Source of the DNA: Octopus sinensis
Taxonomy: Eukaryota
Length of the DNA stretch: 64,000 nucleotides
Assembly (NCBI RefSeq): GCF_006345805.1
Contig: NC_043019.1
Span: forward strand, 12,399,360 to 12,463,359
Reading direction: 5' to 3'
How positions within the stretch are numbered: position 1 is the first letter of the stretch; every line of letters starts with the position of its first letter. A program made the position numbers and the translations under genes. Positions 48,968 to 60,131 of the stretch are shown here, piece after piece. The notes below the pieces were generated by a model. That model did no database searches, had not been told where the DNA came from, and saw nothing but the letters and a program-made list of their open reading frames with translations.

Positions 48968-49690
48968 AGGCGCAGGAGTGGCTGTGTGGTAAGTAGCTTG
49001 CTTACCAACCACATGGTTCTGGGTTCAATCCCACTGCATGGCACCTTGGGCAAATGTCTTCAACTATAGCCTTGAGTCGACCAATGCCTTGTGAGTGGAT
49101 TTGGTAGACGGAAACTGAAAGAAGCCTGTCGTATATATATATATATATGTGGAGGCGCAATGGGCTAGTGGATAGGGCAGCGGACTCGCTGTCGCAGGAT
49201 CGCGGTTTCGATTCCCAGACCGGGCGTTGTGTGTGTTTATTGAGCGAAAACACCTAAAAGCTCCATGAGGCTCCAGCAGGGGGTGGTGATCCCTGCTGTA
49301 CTCTTTCACCACTCTTTCTTCTGTTGGCCTGCTCGCTTAGCCAGCGGGGTGGCGTCATTCGAAGGCTAAAACAATGCGAACGCATTGTGACCAGTGATGT
49401 GTAACAACATCTGATGGTCTGGTCGGTCACGTGATCACGTGATATATATATATATATATATATATGCATTTGTGTCTATGTTTATGTGTCTGTTTGTCCC
49501 CCCAACATCGCTTGACAACCGATGGTAGTATGTTTACGTCTCCGTAACTTAGCGGTTTGGCAAAAGAGACCGATAGAATAAGTACCAGGCTTACAAAGAA
49601 TAAGTCCTGGGGTCGATTTGCTCGACTAAAGGCGGTGCTCCAGCTCGGCCGCAGTCATATGACTGACACAAGTAAAAGAGTAAGAGTAGG
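48968..49690 (+). mobile_element. SINE A interrupted in its (TA)n tract by a third tRNA-SINE (about 49150-49443)
   Basis: Insert head GGAGGCGCAATGGGCTAGTGG...GGTTTCGATTCCC; the SINE A halves lie on either side. Confidence 0.75.
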
Positions 49691-50044
49691 TAAGATAAAG
49701 ACTCACATTATTGTCTGGAGAACGTGGCCATAGCATTGCATGTATATTCTGTTAGTTCTTTTATTTGTTTACTTATTTCAGTCATTTAATTGTGGCCATA
49801 CTGGAGCACAGCCTTGAAGGGTTTCAGCTGAATAAACCGACCCCATTATTTTTTTAAACCTAGTATTACTTATATGCATATAGGCACAGGAGTGGCTGTG
49901 TGGTAAGTAGCTTGCTAACCAACCACATGGTTCCGGGTTCAGTCCCACTGCGTGGCACCTTGGGCAAGTGTCTTCTGCTATAGCCTCGGACCGACCAAAG
50001 CCTTGTGAGTGGATTTGGTAGACGGAAACTGAAGGAAGCCTGTC

Positions 50045-50081
<37 letters not shown>

Positions 50082-50877
50082 GATGTGTGTGTGTGTCTGT
50101 GTGTATATATGTATATATAATATATATATATATATATATAAATGTATGTGTGTTCGACGGGCTTCTTTCAGTTTCCGTCTACCAAATCCACTCACAAGGC
50201 ATTGGTTGGCCCAAGGCTATAGTTAAAAGACACTCGACCAAGGTGCCACGCAGTGGGATTGATCCCGTAATCACGTGGTTGAAAAGCAAGCTTATTTACC
50301 ACACAGCCACGCCTGCGCCTATGAAATCCATTAATATATATATATATATATATATATTCCTGACAATTAAAATAGATGAAAGTGGGGTGGGGTGGGACTG
50401 AAATTTCTTACAGCGCATGCCTACGAGATTAGCTCAGTGAATTGTCGCTAATCTCTCCATATCTGATTAAACGATTAGGTATGAAACGGTCATTAAATAA
50501 TTTAGTATCGCCTGGATTAAGGGAGATAACTCTAAATTATCTTTGGCTTCAATTATCAAGGTTAATGGCCTTCCTTCATCTCTATTTATTCCCTCTCTCT
50601 CTCTTTCTCTGCATTCTTACTCGCTCTCTTCCTATTGTCTCTCTTTTCCTATCCTTTTCTTCTTTTCCTTTTATCTGTTTCTTTGTTTCTTTCTCTTTCT
50701 CCTTTTGTTTCCTCTTTCTTTCTCTCTCATTATTATTTCTTTCTTTCGTTCTTTCTTTCCTGTCTGTCGTTCTTTCTTTCCTGTCGTTCTTTTCTTTCTT
50801 TCTTTCTTTCTTTCCTGTCGTTCTTTTCTTTCTTTCTTTCTTTCTTTCACCCTCCCTTCCTCCTTCCTTCCTGCCTT

Positions 50878-50924
<47 letters not shown>

Positions 50925-51094
50925 GATATATACCTATAGTCATGGCTGTGTGGTAAGAAGCTTGCTTCCCAGCGACATGGTTCTGGGTTCAGCCCCGTTA
51001 CATGGCACCTTGGGCCAGTGTCTTCATCTATGGCCTTGGGCTGACCAAAGCCTTGTGAGTGGATTTGCTAGACAGAAACTGAAAGGAGTCTGTC

Positions 51095-51130
<36 letters not shown>

Positions 51131-51204
51131 AATGTGACCTCGTGTGTACCGTTGGCGATTTTTTTTCCTCTGTCTTCCCTTCTCTGGATCTTTCCTTCTC
51201 CTAT

Positions 51205-51239
51205 GTTTCCGACGAAGAGCTCCGCTCGAAACGTTAAAC
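51205..51239 (+). ncRNA. Minimal type-I hammerhead motif (U4C variant)
   Basis: GUUU-CCGACGA-A-GAGC-UCC-GCUC-GAAA-CGU-U-AAAC. Confidence 0.5.
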
Positions 51240-51323
51240 CCTCCTTCTTTCCTGAGCATCCAATAATACTATATTTGTTCCACATCCTCGCGTTGTTGTG
51301 TTTTTTTGTGCTTTCTTGTTTGG

Positions 51324-51354
<31 letters not shown>

Positions 51355-51628
51355 GTGTGTGGTGTGTGTGCGTGTGTATGTTTGTGTTTGTCCCTCCTCC
51401 ATCGCTTCACAACCAATGTTGGTGTGTTTATGTCTCCATAACCTAGCAGTTTGGCAAAAGAGACTGATAGAATAAGTACCAAACTTAAAAATGACATAAG
51501 TCATAAAAAAAAATAAAACCTTCAGGCAGAAACAAGTAAAATACAAAACATAAAACATACAAAGAAAATAAAAAACAAGAAAATATCAAATAAACAACAA
51601 CAGATCGTTTGATTGATGACAATAATAA

Positions 51629-51634
51629 TTTATT
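51629..51634 (-). terminator. Probable poly(A) signal of the GPx gene
   Basis: AATAAA on minus about 140 nt past the SECIS core, followed by a GU/U-rich tract (51600-51540). Confidence 0.6.
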
Positions 51635-51759
51635 CACCATTTATATTGTATTGTATTGTTTTTTTTTGGTTTTCTTAAGCCAAAACAGACTAGTGTCTCC
51701 AATGCTAGGATTAGAACACGTGATGTTCCACTTGGCAGAGGAATGCACAACTCTGACCA

Positions 51760-51835
51760 AATCGATGCATCGTATCAAGAGGGGCCACCAGATTCTTGCT
51801 GGTTTCGGCTGCCTCTGTCATGAAGGGTGTAAAGT
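51760..51835 (-). promoter_or_regulatory. SECIS element, form 2 (selenocysteine insertion)
   Basis: Minus strand reads AUGAC-AGAGGCAGCCG-AAA-CCAG-CAAGAAU-CUGG-UGGCCCCUCU-UGAU (51821 to 51774): UGAC/UGAU quartet, helix II, unpaired AAA and a 4-bp apical minihelix, downstream of the GPx stop. Confidence 0.85.
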
Positions 51836-51901
51836 GGCCTGGCACTAAGAGACACCGGGGAGCTTCCGGCTTGTCTTTGGACATGTTTATACACAATAAC
51901 A

Positions 51902-51936
<35 letters not shown>

Positions 51937-52279
51937 GAAGGCAGCGAGCTGCCAAAATCCATCGGCACGCTGAACAAATTGCTTAGCAGTATTTTGTCCC
52001 GTCTCCGTTCTGAACTCAGATTTTCCTCCCAACATCAACTCTGCCTTTCATTGTTTCAGGGTCGATAAAGTAAGTACCGGTCAAGTATGGGGTCCAATGT
52101 AACTGACATTCCCTTCCCTCACAAAATTGCTGGCCCCGTGCCAAACTTTGAAACTATTATTCTTTTTATAACTATAGCGCAGATCAAATTGCTTTTAAAG
52201 TATGCTTTAATACTTTTCATACATGTGTGTGTGTGAAATTATTTTGGGAACTTAAAAATAATATCTTTCTTTTCTTTAT

Positions 52280-52600
52280 GCCTTTAGCCCTCCAATGCGG
52301 AGTATAGGCCACTTATAGTTGAATTCCATGTCGCATAATTTTTGGCTTCTACTCTGCCATGAATGTCCCCCTTTCTCTAGTTCCTTTTGTGTTGATCTCC
52401 ACCACGAGTTCTTAGGCCTACATCTCCTGCTATATCCAACCGGTTTCCACTTTAAAGCACTTTTCGCTACATTTGGTGTGTCTTTTCTAATTGTGCTACC
52501 AATCCACTTCCACTTTTTCTTAAATATTTGCTCCCTATTCGAAACTTGATTTGTTCTTTGGCATAGCTCCCTATTGCTTATGTGTTCGGGCCATCTAATT
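52280..52600 (-). mobile_element. RTE-clade LINE C-terminal fragment inside the putative GPx 3' UTR
   Basis: IRWPEHISNRELCQRT...KWKWIG...ALKWKPVG...RPKNSW. Confidence 0.75.
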
Positions 52601-53556
52601 TTTAAAATAATATAGATACTTAAAATATTAATTTCTTTATAATTTGACACAAGACCAGCAATATTGATGGGATGGACAAATTGATTACATTAACCCCAGC
52701 ACTTGATCGATACTTATTTTATTGACCCCAAAAGGATGAAATACAAAGTTAAGTTCAGCTGGATTTGATCTCAGAATGCAGAAAATGGGAAGAAATTCTA
52801 CTAAAAGCATTTTGTCTGAAGCTTTAACGATTCTACCACCTCGCTGCCTTATAAGGAAATAATCATATCAATGATAATAGTTTTGTAATAATACTACCAC
52901 TAATACTAATAATGGTTATAAAACTACTTGATGATTTCGATCACTGAGAATGTGTTTCATGGAATATATTTTGAGGCTTAAAGGGGAAAATTTATTTTAT
53001 TTTGTATTTCATTTATTTAATTGCTGAATTGCTAGATTTCTAGCTCACAAAGGCATGAGAGGGGAAGATACAGAGTCCCATTAGAGATGAAAATCCTTGG
53101 AATATATATATATATTATATATTATATTATATATATATTGTATATATATATATATATATAAATATGTATGTATATAATATACACCACAACATATATATAT
53201 ATATACATATATAATAGATATATATATATATATATATATTATATACACACACATAATATATATAATATATATATATATATATACACCCATATATATATAT
53301 ATATATATATATATAACACACACACATATATATATATATATACACTATATATACATATATTATATATATAATATATATTATATATAATACATAATTATAT
53401 ATATATACATTACATATATATATGTATGTATGTATATAGTTTATATACATACATATATATATGTATGTATATAAGTTTATATGCATATATATATATATAT
53501 TGTGTATGTATATGTATTATATTTAATTTATATATGTAGTATGCATACATACACAC

Positions 53557-53632
<76 letters not shown>

Positions 53633-53919
53633 ATATACATACATACACCCCTTCCAAATCTAACTAGATCCTTTTATATAGAACTCCAAGAAGGATTTCT
53701 ATATATAAAAAGGGGTCTGTTAATTCTCAAGGATTTCCATCACTAACCAGATTCATGAAAGAGAAAATAATTCTTAACAAGCATCCACTTCTCCCAAACC
53801 CTCTCTCCATTCCACTTACACACACTGACACATACACACATGCACACACATTCACCCTCACATATACACATGCGTGTTCACTCATTCACACACGCAAAAA
53901 CAGGCATCATTCTATGCGA

Positions 53920-54126
53920 TTAAAATTCTTCTTTCTCTTCTAGAAGATGAACGATGTATGGTCGAATTTCGTCAGGAAGCACAGCTGTGGCGAAACGCAT
54001 GACTGGTTTTCCTTTACGGTTGATTAAGAACTTCTCGAAATTCCATCGGATGTCATTGGCACTCATCGGTTTGTAGTGGAGCCGTTCGACGAAAGCGAAG
54101 TCCTGTTTAGGGCTGGGGCAATAAGA
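53920..54126 (-). CDS. GPX3: Glutathione peroxidase (GPx3-like), last coding exon
   Basis: Pyrimidine tract and CAG acceptor, then SYCPSPKQDFAFVERLHYKPMSANDIRWNFEKFLINRKGKPVMRF...EEF*. DIRWNFEKFL is the GPx catalytic Trp/Asn motif; the phase-0 exon start matches the GPX3 FLK|NSCPP intron position. Confidence 0.92.
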   Translation of the reverse strand, partial: SYCPSPKQDFAFVERLHYKPMSANDIRWNFEKFLINRKGKPVMRFATAVLPDEIRPYIVHLLEEKEEF

Positions 54127-55747
54127 CTGAAAAAGAAATAAAAGAAGAAAAAAATCAGAAAAGAACATTTAGTATTATCGAAAGATTTGTGGCAGTGATT
54201 CGAAACCCCAACCATTAGAGAACCATTCAGACACCATAAGCAAACCATCACAGTTTCATGCGATCAGCCTGTTAACAACTCAATCAACATGAGGATGTTA
54301 CATGATATGGTTTTCTCGAATATTCTAGAATTTGGCTTCTGGTCCTCTATAAAAACCGTTTGGCTCCGATCTTAGAGCGCAGACAACTGAGATATTCTGA
54401 CACCATGGAGATTTGTGCTGTTGACATCGTCTATTTTGGGTCGACCTCAAGTTGTCACACAGACAACTTTCTGTAATTTCAGAGCAGCTGTCTCTTCCCT
54501 ACTCCATAATTATTAATGTTATCAAATGTAAATAACTAGGCATAGGAGTGGCTGTGTGGTAAGTAGCTTGCTTACCAACCACATAGTTCCGGGTTCAGTC
54601 CCACTGTGTGGCACCTTGGGCAAGTGTCTTCTACTATAGCCTCTTGCCGACCAAAGCCTTGTGAGTGGATCTGGTAGACGGAAACTGAAAGAAGCCCATC
54701 GTATATATGTATATATATATATATATGTGTGTGTGTGTTTGTGTGTGTGTGTATACGTTTGTGTGTTTGTGTTTGTCCCCTCAACATCGCTTGACAACCG
54801 ATGCTGGTGTGTTACGTCCCCATAACTTAGCGGTTCGGCAAAAGAGACTGATAGAATAAGTACTAAGCTTACGAAGAATAAGCCCTGGGGTCGATTTGCT
54901 CCAGTATGGTCACAGTCAAATGACTGAAACAAGTAAAAGAGTAAAAGAGTATGCAGTGACGATAACCTCAAAGAACCTTTGAAAAAATTAAACTGAAGGC
55001 GTTGGGGGTGGGACTAATTTTAAAAGAGAACTGAGAGAAAATATTGCAGTCGATGTGGTAGGGATGAGACTGGGGCTTGGCTATGCAATGACGGCATTCT
55101 CTGAGCTAAGAAGACTCGGGGAAACTGTCGACTTTGTGACTGGTGGACAAAGGCACTCTACATACATGACAGAATCACGATCCGGTTTTTGATGGATTGC
55201 GAAGGATGTGTGACATCTGATGGTATGAAGTGAATAAGGCGGCGAGCTGGCAGAAACGTTAGCGTGCCGGGCAAAATGCTCAGCGGTATTTCGTCTGTCG
55301 TTACGTTCTGAGTTCAAATTCTGCCGAGGTCGACTTTGCCTTTCATCCTTTCGGGGTTGATTAAATAAGTACCAGTTACGTACTGGGGTCGATGTAATCG
55401 ACTTAATACCTATGTCTGTCCTTGTTTGTCCCCTCTATGTTTAGCCCCTTGTGGGTAGTAAAGAAATAGGTATGAAGCGAATATGTGTGGATCTAAAGCA
55501 GCATTTTACGAAAGTTGGGAGCTGCGAGCGGGCTGGCGGGTGAAAAACAAAGTCGACTGGGCGGGATTTGAACTCGAGAGGTATAAGGATGTAAATGAAA
55601 AGCCGCAAATTTTTTAAAGTCTTTTTTCCAGCAGCAACAACAGCCGTTCAAGAATTTGGACCTGGAGATCTCCATTTCTAGCGACTTCGAGGGCCACCTC
55701 CCAGTGGTGTCGGGCGTCAGCGAAGACCCCCCTCGGCTACACAAGAT

Positions 55748-55847
55748 NNNNNNNNNNNNNNNNNNNNNNNNNNNNNNNNNNNNNNNNNNNNNNNNNNNNN
55801 NNNNNNNNNNNNNNNNNNNNNNNNNNNNNNNNNNNNNNNNNNNNNNN
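55748..55847. other. Assembly gap (100 N)
   Basis: Run of N. Confidence 1.
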
Positions 55848-55952
55848 AGGCTCGAAACGTTAAAGACTTATTCACTTCCCGAGCGTTATACTAATACATC
55901 TGTTTGTTGTCTACACCACCTGCCTTCATCTTTTTTTGTGAATTCTCTCCCT

Positions 55953-55990
<38 letters not shown>

Positions 55991-55991
55991 G

Positions 55992-56024
<33 letters not shown>

Positions 56025-56026
<2 letters not shown>

Positions 56027-56449
56027 TAATAAAAGGAGTTCCAACCTTGTCTGATTTTCACGTTTTATTTACAATCTTATAATGATATAATATAAGATAA
56101 TATAATATAATAGAATAAAATAAAATAGTAGAATGTTAAATGTTCATTCTGATTGAACTAGTACTTTCATGCATTAAATTCTGCAATCTTCGGGTTCATG
56201 TAGTAGTGGTGACAGTCATGCTTCACAATTTTTGACTGTCAAAAATTGTGAAGCATGACTGTCACCACTATTACATGTACCCGAAGATTGCAGAATTAAT
56301 GCATGAAAGTACTAGTTCAATCAGAATGAACATTTAAAATTCTACTTTTATTTTATTCTATTATATTATATTATCTTATATTATATCATTATAAGATTGT
56401 AAATAAAACGTGAAAAATCAGACAAGGTTGGAATTCCTTTTATAATATA
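56025..56449. repeat. About 420-bp near-perfect palindrome (fold-back)
   Basis: Centre TTTTTGAC-T-GTCAAAAA at 56237; arms of about 210 bp with few mismatches. Confidence 0.92.
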
Positions 56450-56482
56450 GTCTTCTATAACACACCCAATCCCAAACACTAC

Positions 56483-56532
<50 letters not shown>

Positions 56533-56537
56533 TATAT

Positions 56538-57185
56538 GAGACGCATAAATTATAACGGTTATTGACAATTTTGTTTTTTTCAGCATATTTGGCATTAGAA
56601 TTTTTCTTTTGCCCTCATTTTGTAAATTATTTATAAATTTAAACCTTTAAAGGTATTTTTTGAAATGCTGGCCATTGATAAAAATGTTTTCCCCCCAAAA
56701 AAAATTTATCCTACATTAGTTATAAATTGAATAGTGTTCACTTCCGGATTCTCTCACTCTGTGAAAGTTTCTAGTTCGAATCACACGTGTCTCGAGATGT
56801 GCCGAAGATTTTCTATTTTGGATATATTTGGGTACTTAGGTCTGCTCAGGACTTAGTGCTTGCTTTTTCCATGGGTATGAGTAAGTATTTCATTTATATC
56901 TCACGTATTTATCGCTGAAGAGGGGGAAATTCTTACGAATTAACCCCGAAATTGGGACCAATGCGGTAATAACGGATTTTTTAGAAATTTCTATCGGTTT
57001 GTTTCGAGACGCATAAATTATAATGGTTATTGACAATTTTGTCTTTTTTTCGGCATATTTGACATTAGAATTTTTCTTTTGTCCTTATTTTGTAAATTAT
57101 TTATAAATTTAACCTTTAAAGGTATTTTTTGATATGCTGGCCATTGATAAAAATTTTTTCCCGAAAAAATTTTATCCTACATTAG

Positions 57186-57190
<5 letters not shown>
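56538..57190. repeat. About 185-bp direct repeats with a 468-bp period
   Basis: GAGACGCATAAATTATA...CTACATTAGTTATA at 56538-56724 and 57006-57190. Confidence 0.9.
56906..56971 (+). ncRNA. Type-I hammerhead motif between direct repeats (cleavage-site nucleotide is G)
   Basis: UUAUCG-CUGAAGA-GGGG...CCCC-GAAA-UUGG-GA-CCAAU-G-CGGUAA. Confidence 0.55.
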
Positions 57191-57229
<39 letters not shown>

Positions 57230-57818
57230 TGTGTCATATAGCCAACTAGAAACAATGTTTCCTCGGGCTTAATATATATATATATGTTTCAGTCATTTGA
57301 CTGCGGTCATGCTGGAGCACTGCCTTAAAGGGTGTTAATTGAAGAAATCGACCCCAGGACTTATTCTTTGTAAGCCTAGTACTTATTCTATCGGTCTCTT
57401 TTGCCGAACCGCTAAGTTACGTGGACATAAACACACCAGCATCGGCTGTCAAGCGACAGTGGAGTAAGAAACACACACACACACACATATACGACGGGCT
57501 TCTTCCAATTTCCGCCTACCAAATTCACTCACAAGGCTTTGGTCACCCCGAGGCTATAGTAGAAGATACTTGTCTTAGGTGCCACGCAGTGGGACTGGAC
57601 CCAGACTCGTGTGGTTGGGAAGCGAGCATGTGTGTGTGTGTGTAAAGAGTTTAAACCGTAAGGCCAAAACATGCACGTCCATGTATAAATATAATTCAGA
57701 ATCATTATTTTTCTTCAGTACTGATGTACTCGTCACATCACACATTCTTACGTCCTTGGCACAAAAGTGATTCTCACCTCAAGTGGCGAGGCTTCGCGTT
57801 GTTAGCTGGACGACTTAC

Positions 57819-57881
57819 AGTGAATAGAAGAGACGCTGCACTTGATGAGGAGCTAATTAAGGGAATATGTGTGAATATCAT
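57819..57881 (-). CDS. Candidate first coding exon (MIFTHIPLISSSSSAASLLFT), possibly of the GPx gene
   Basis: ACAATGA start context, GTAAGT donor in phase 0 and CpG-rich flank; no homology evidence. Confidence 0.2.
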
Positions 57882-58098
57882 TGTTAAAGCAAGAATAAAA
57901 TAAATTAGAAGCCGGATGTTCTCTTGGAGTTTCTTTTCCTATCTTCAACAATAAAAAGAAAAGTAAAATAAAATATAAGGGAAAAAAAACAAAAGAAAAA
58001 GGAGAGAGAGAGAGAAAGAGCGAGGGGGAAAGAGAGAGAAAGAAAGAAAGAGAGCGAAAGCGAGAGAGAGAGGGAAGTGTGCAGTTTTTCATCAACAC

Positions 58099-58147
<49 letters not shown>

Positions 58148-58229
58148 GGTGAATAAATTGTCAAAATTACGCAAAAATGAAAATAACACAGATCTCATTT
58201 TAACATATATATTTACCAAAATTACATAA

Positions 58230-58950
58230 AAATATCTTGAAATACAATAAAATCGCCAATGGCTTCAACAATGGCCTCCAGACGACTTCGGAATCTCCTG
58301 CAACTCTTCTGAACAGTCACTTTGTTTAAGTCGATGAATGCTGCCGTAATCCTTGCCTTCAGTTCATCTTTGGTGTTACAAGGAGTTTTGTTGGTCTCTC
58401 GATTAACTGTGCCCCAACTTTAATTATCAATGGGATTGCAGTCTGAGGAGTTAGGTGGCCAGATGCTAGGGGTGATGTGACCGCAGAAATTGTCTGACAG
58501 CCATGACTGGGTTCGCCTGCTTGTGTGGCATGGTGCAGAGTCCTGTTGCCAGACATAGTGTGCTCCATCAACCATCCTCTTGACCCAGGGCAGCACTACC
58601 TCTTCCAGGCCTCTGTGTTGTGTCTGAGACCCCGTGGGAAGATGAATGGAGGCATAACGTCGCCATCACTAGTGATCACTCCAAACACCATGATGCTGAC
58701 TGGATGTTTGATTTTTATCACTCTCAGTACATGTCCTCAGATTGACACCCAGATACCCTGAAATGTTCGTATTGGGGCTTTCGGCACGAATGCCAAGCTG
58801 TACAACATGTCGTTTCCAAATTTCTGGCAGAGTGAATTGCGTAATGGTGCTGTTTTTTTCCATAGACGGTGCCCAACTGGTCCTATTATACTGTGTAGTC
58901 GACAAAATTAAAAATATAAAATGGCGACAATTTACCTATCGCACTCTGTA
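58230..58950 (-). mobile_element. Degenerate Tc1/mariner-superfamily transposase, DD37D (maT-like)
   Basis: Minus frame WQQDSAPCHTSRRTQSWLSDNFCGHITPSIWPPNSSDCNPID has 37 residues between the 2nd and 3rd catalytic Asp; stops and frameshifts; TACAGAGTG end near 58950. Confidence 0.8.
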
Positions 58951-58971
58951 TATATATATATATGTGTGTGG

Positions 58972-59014
<43 letters not shown>

Positions 59015-59192
59015 TGTGTGTGTGTGTGTTTATGTATATATTCATATATAGACCGGAGTAAACACATAAATGTGAAACAAGGTGGAAAAAAGAGTACTCA
59101 AATACCAGTGGTAGAGTAATATGCTTTATTTTAAGCAGCAGAAAATTCAACAAAATCTGTTACTCTGAGTTTCTCGTTGCCGTTCATCAGAC

Positions 59193-59281
59193 CCTCCACC
59201 CCCCACTTCTTTTGACACATCCGGTTGCTCTTTGGTTGTAGTCGACAACATTGTGTTTGTGTGTATGTGTGCCTTTGTACA

Positions 59282-59359
<78 letters not shown>

Positions 59360-59999
59360 AAGGCATAATCGCATATGTATGAAGCCAATATAGTATTTGT
59401 TCATACACACACACACATACACACACATTCGCACACACACACATGTACGAGTATATATATATGTGTGTGTATAATATATACATTCTTTATATATATATAT
59501 ATATGAATATATACATAAACACACACACACACACACATTCGCACACACACACATGTACGAGTATATATATATATGTGTGTGTGTGTGTATAATATATACA
59601 TTCTTTATATATATATATATATGTATATATATGAATATACTTTATTTTAAGCAGCAGAAAATTCAACAAAATCTGTTACTCTGAGTTTCTCGTTGCCGTT
59701 CATCAGACAGTTTTTGCTAGAATGGAACTTATATATTAATATATAAGTTCCATTCTAGCAAAACTGTCTGATGAACGGCAACGAGAAACTCAGAGAGTAA
59801 CAGATTTTGTTGAATTTTCTGCTGCTTAAATAAAGTATATTCATATATATACATATATATATATATATAAGAATGTATATATTATACACACACACACACA
59901 TATATATATGCTCGTACATGTGTGTGTGTGCGAATGTGTGTGTATGTGTGTGTGTGTATGAACAAATACTATATTGGCTTCATACATATGCGATTATGC

Positions 60000-60039
<40 letters not shown>

Positions 60040-60131
60040 GCATGTACAAAGGCACACATACACACAAACACAATGTTGTCGACTACAACCAAAGAGCAAC
60101 CGGATGTGTCAAAAGAAGTGGGGGGTGGAGG
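59193..60131. repeat. About 940-bp imperfect palindrome centred at 59737/59738
   Basis: 59641-59737 mirrors 59738-59835; 59193-59500 mirrors 59860-60131. Confidence 0.85.
59673..59803. ncRNA. Back-to-back pair of hammerhead motifs (minus 59673-59710, plus 59764-59803); third, truncated copy on minus at 59157-59192
   Basis: CUGU-CUGAUGA-ACGGCAACGA-GAAA-CUC(A or AGA)GAG-U-A-ACAG; stem II is short. Confidence 0.5.

Noticed and set aside
49150-49230. tRNA gene
   Set aside because: A and B boxes only; it continues into a SINE body and no cloverleaf is evident.
53660-53760. Hairpin near the GPx stop as a SECIS
   Set aside because: The UGAN/NGAN quartet cannot be formed with a proper helix II; a much better SECIS lies at 51774-51821.
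53814-53820. GTAAGT donor on minus in the GPx 3' UTR
   Set aside because: No convincing acceptor, and an intron about 100 nt past the stop would be expected to trigger NMD.
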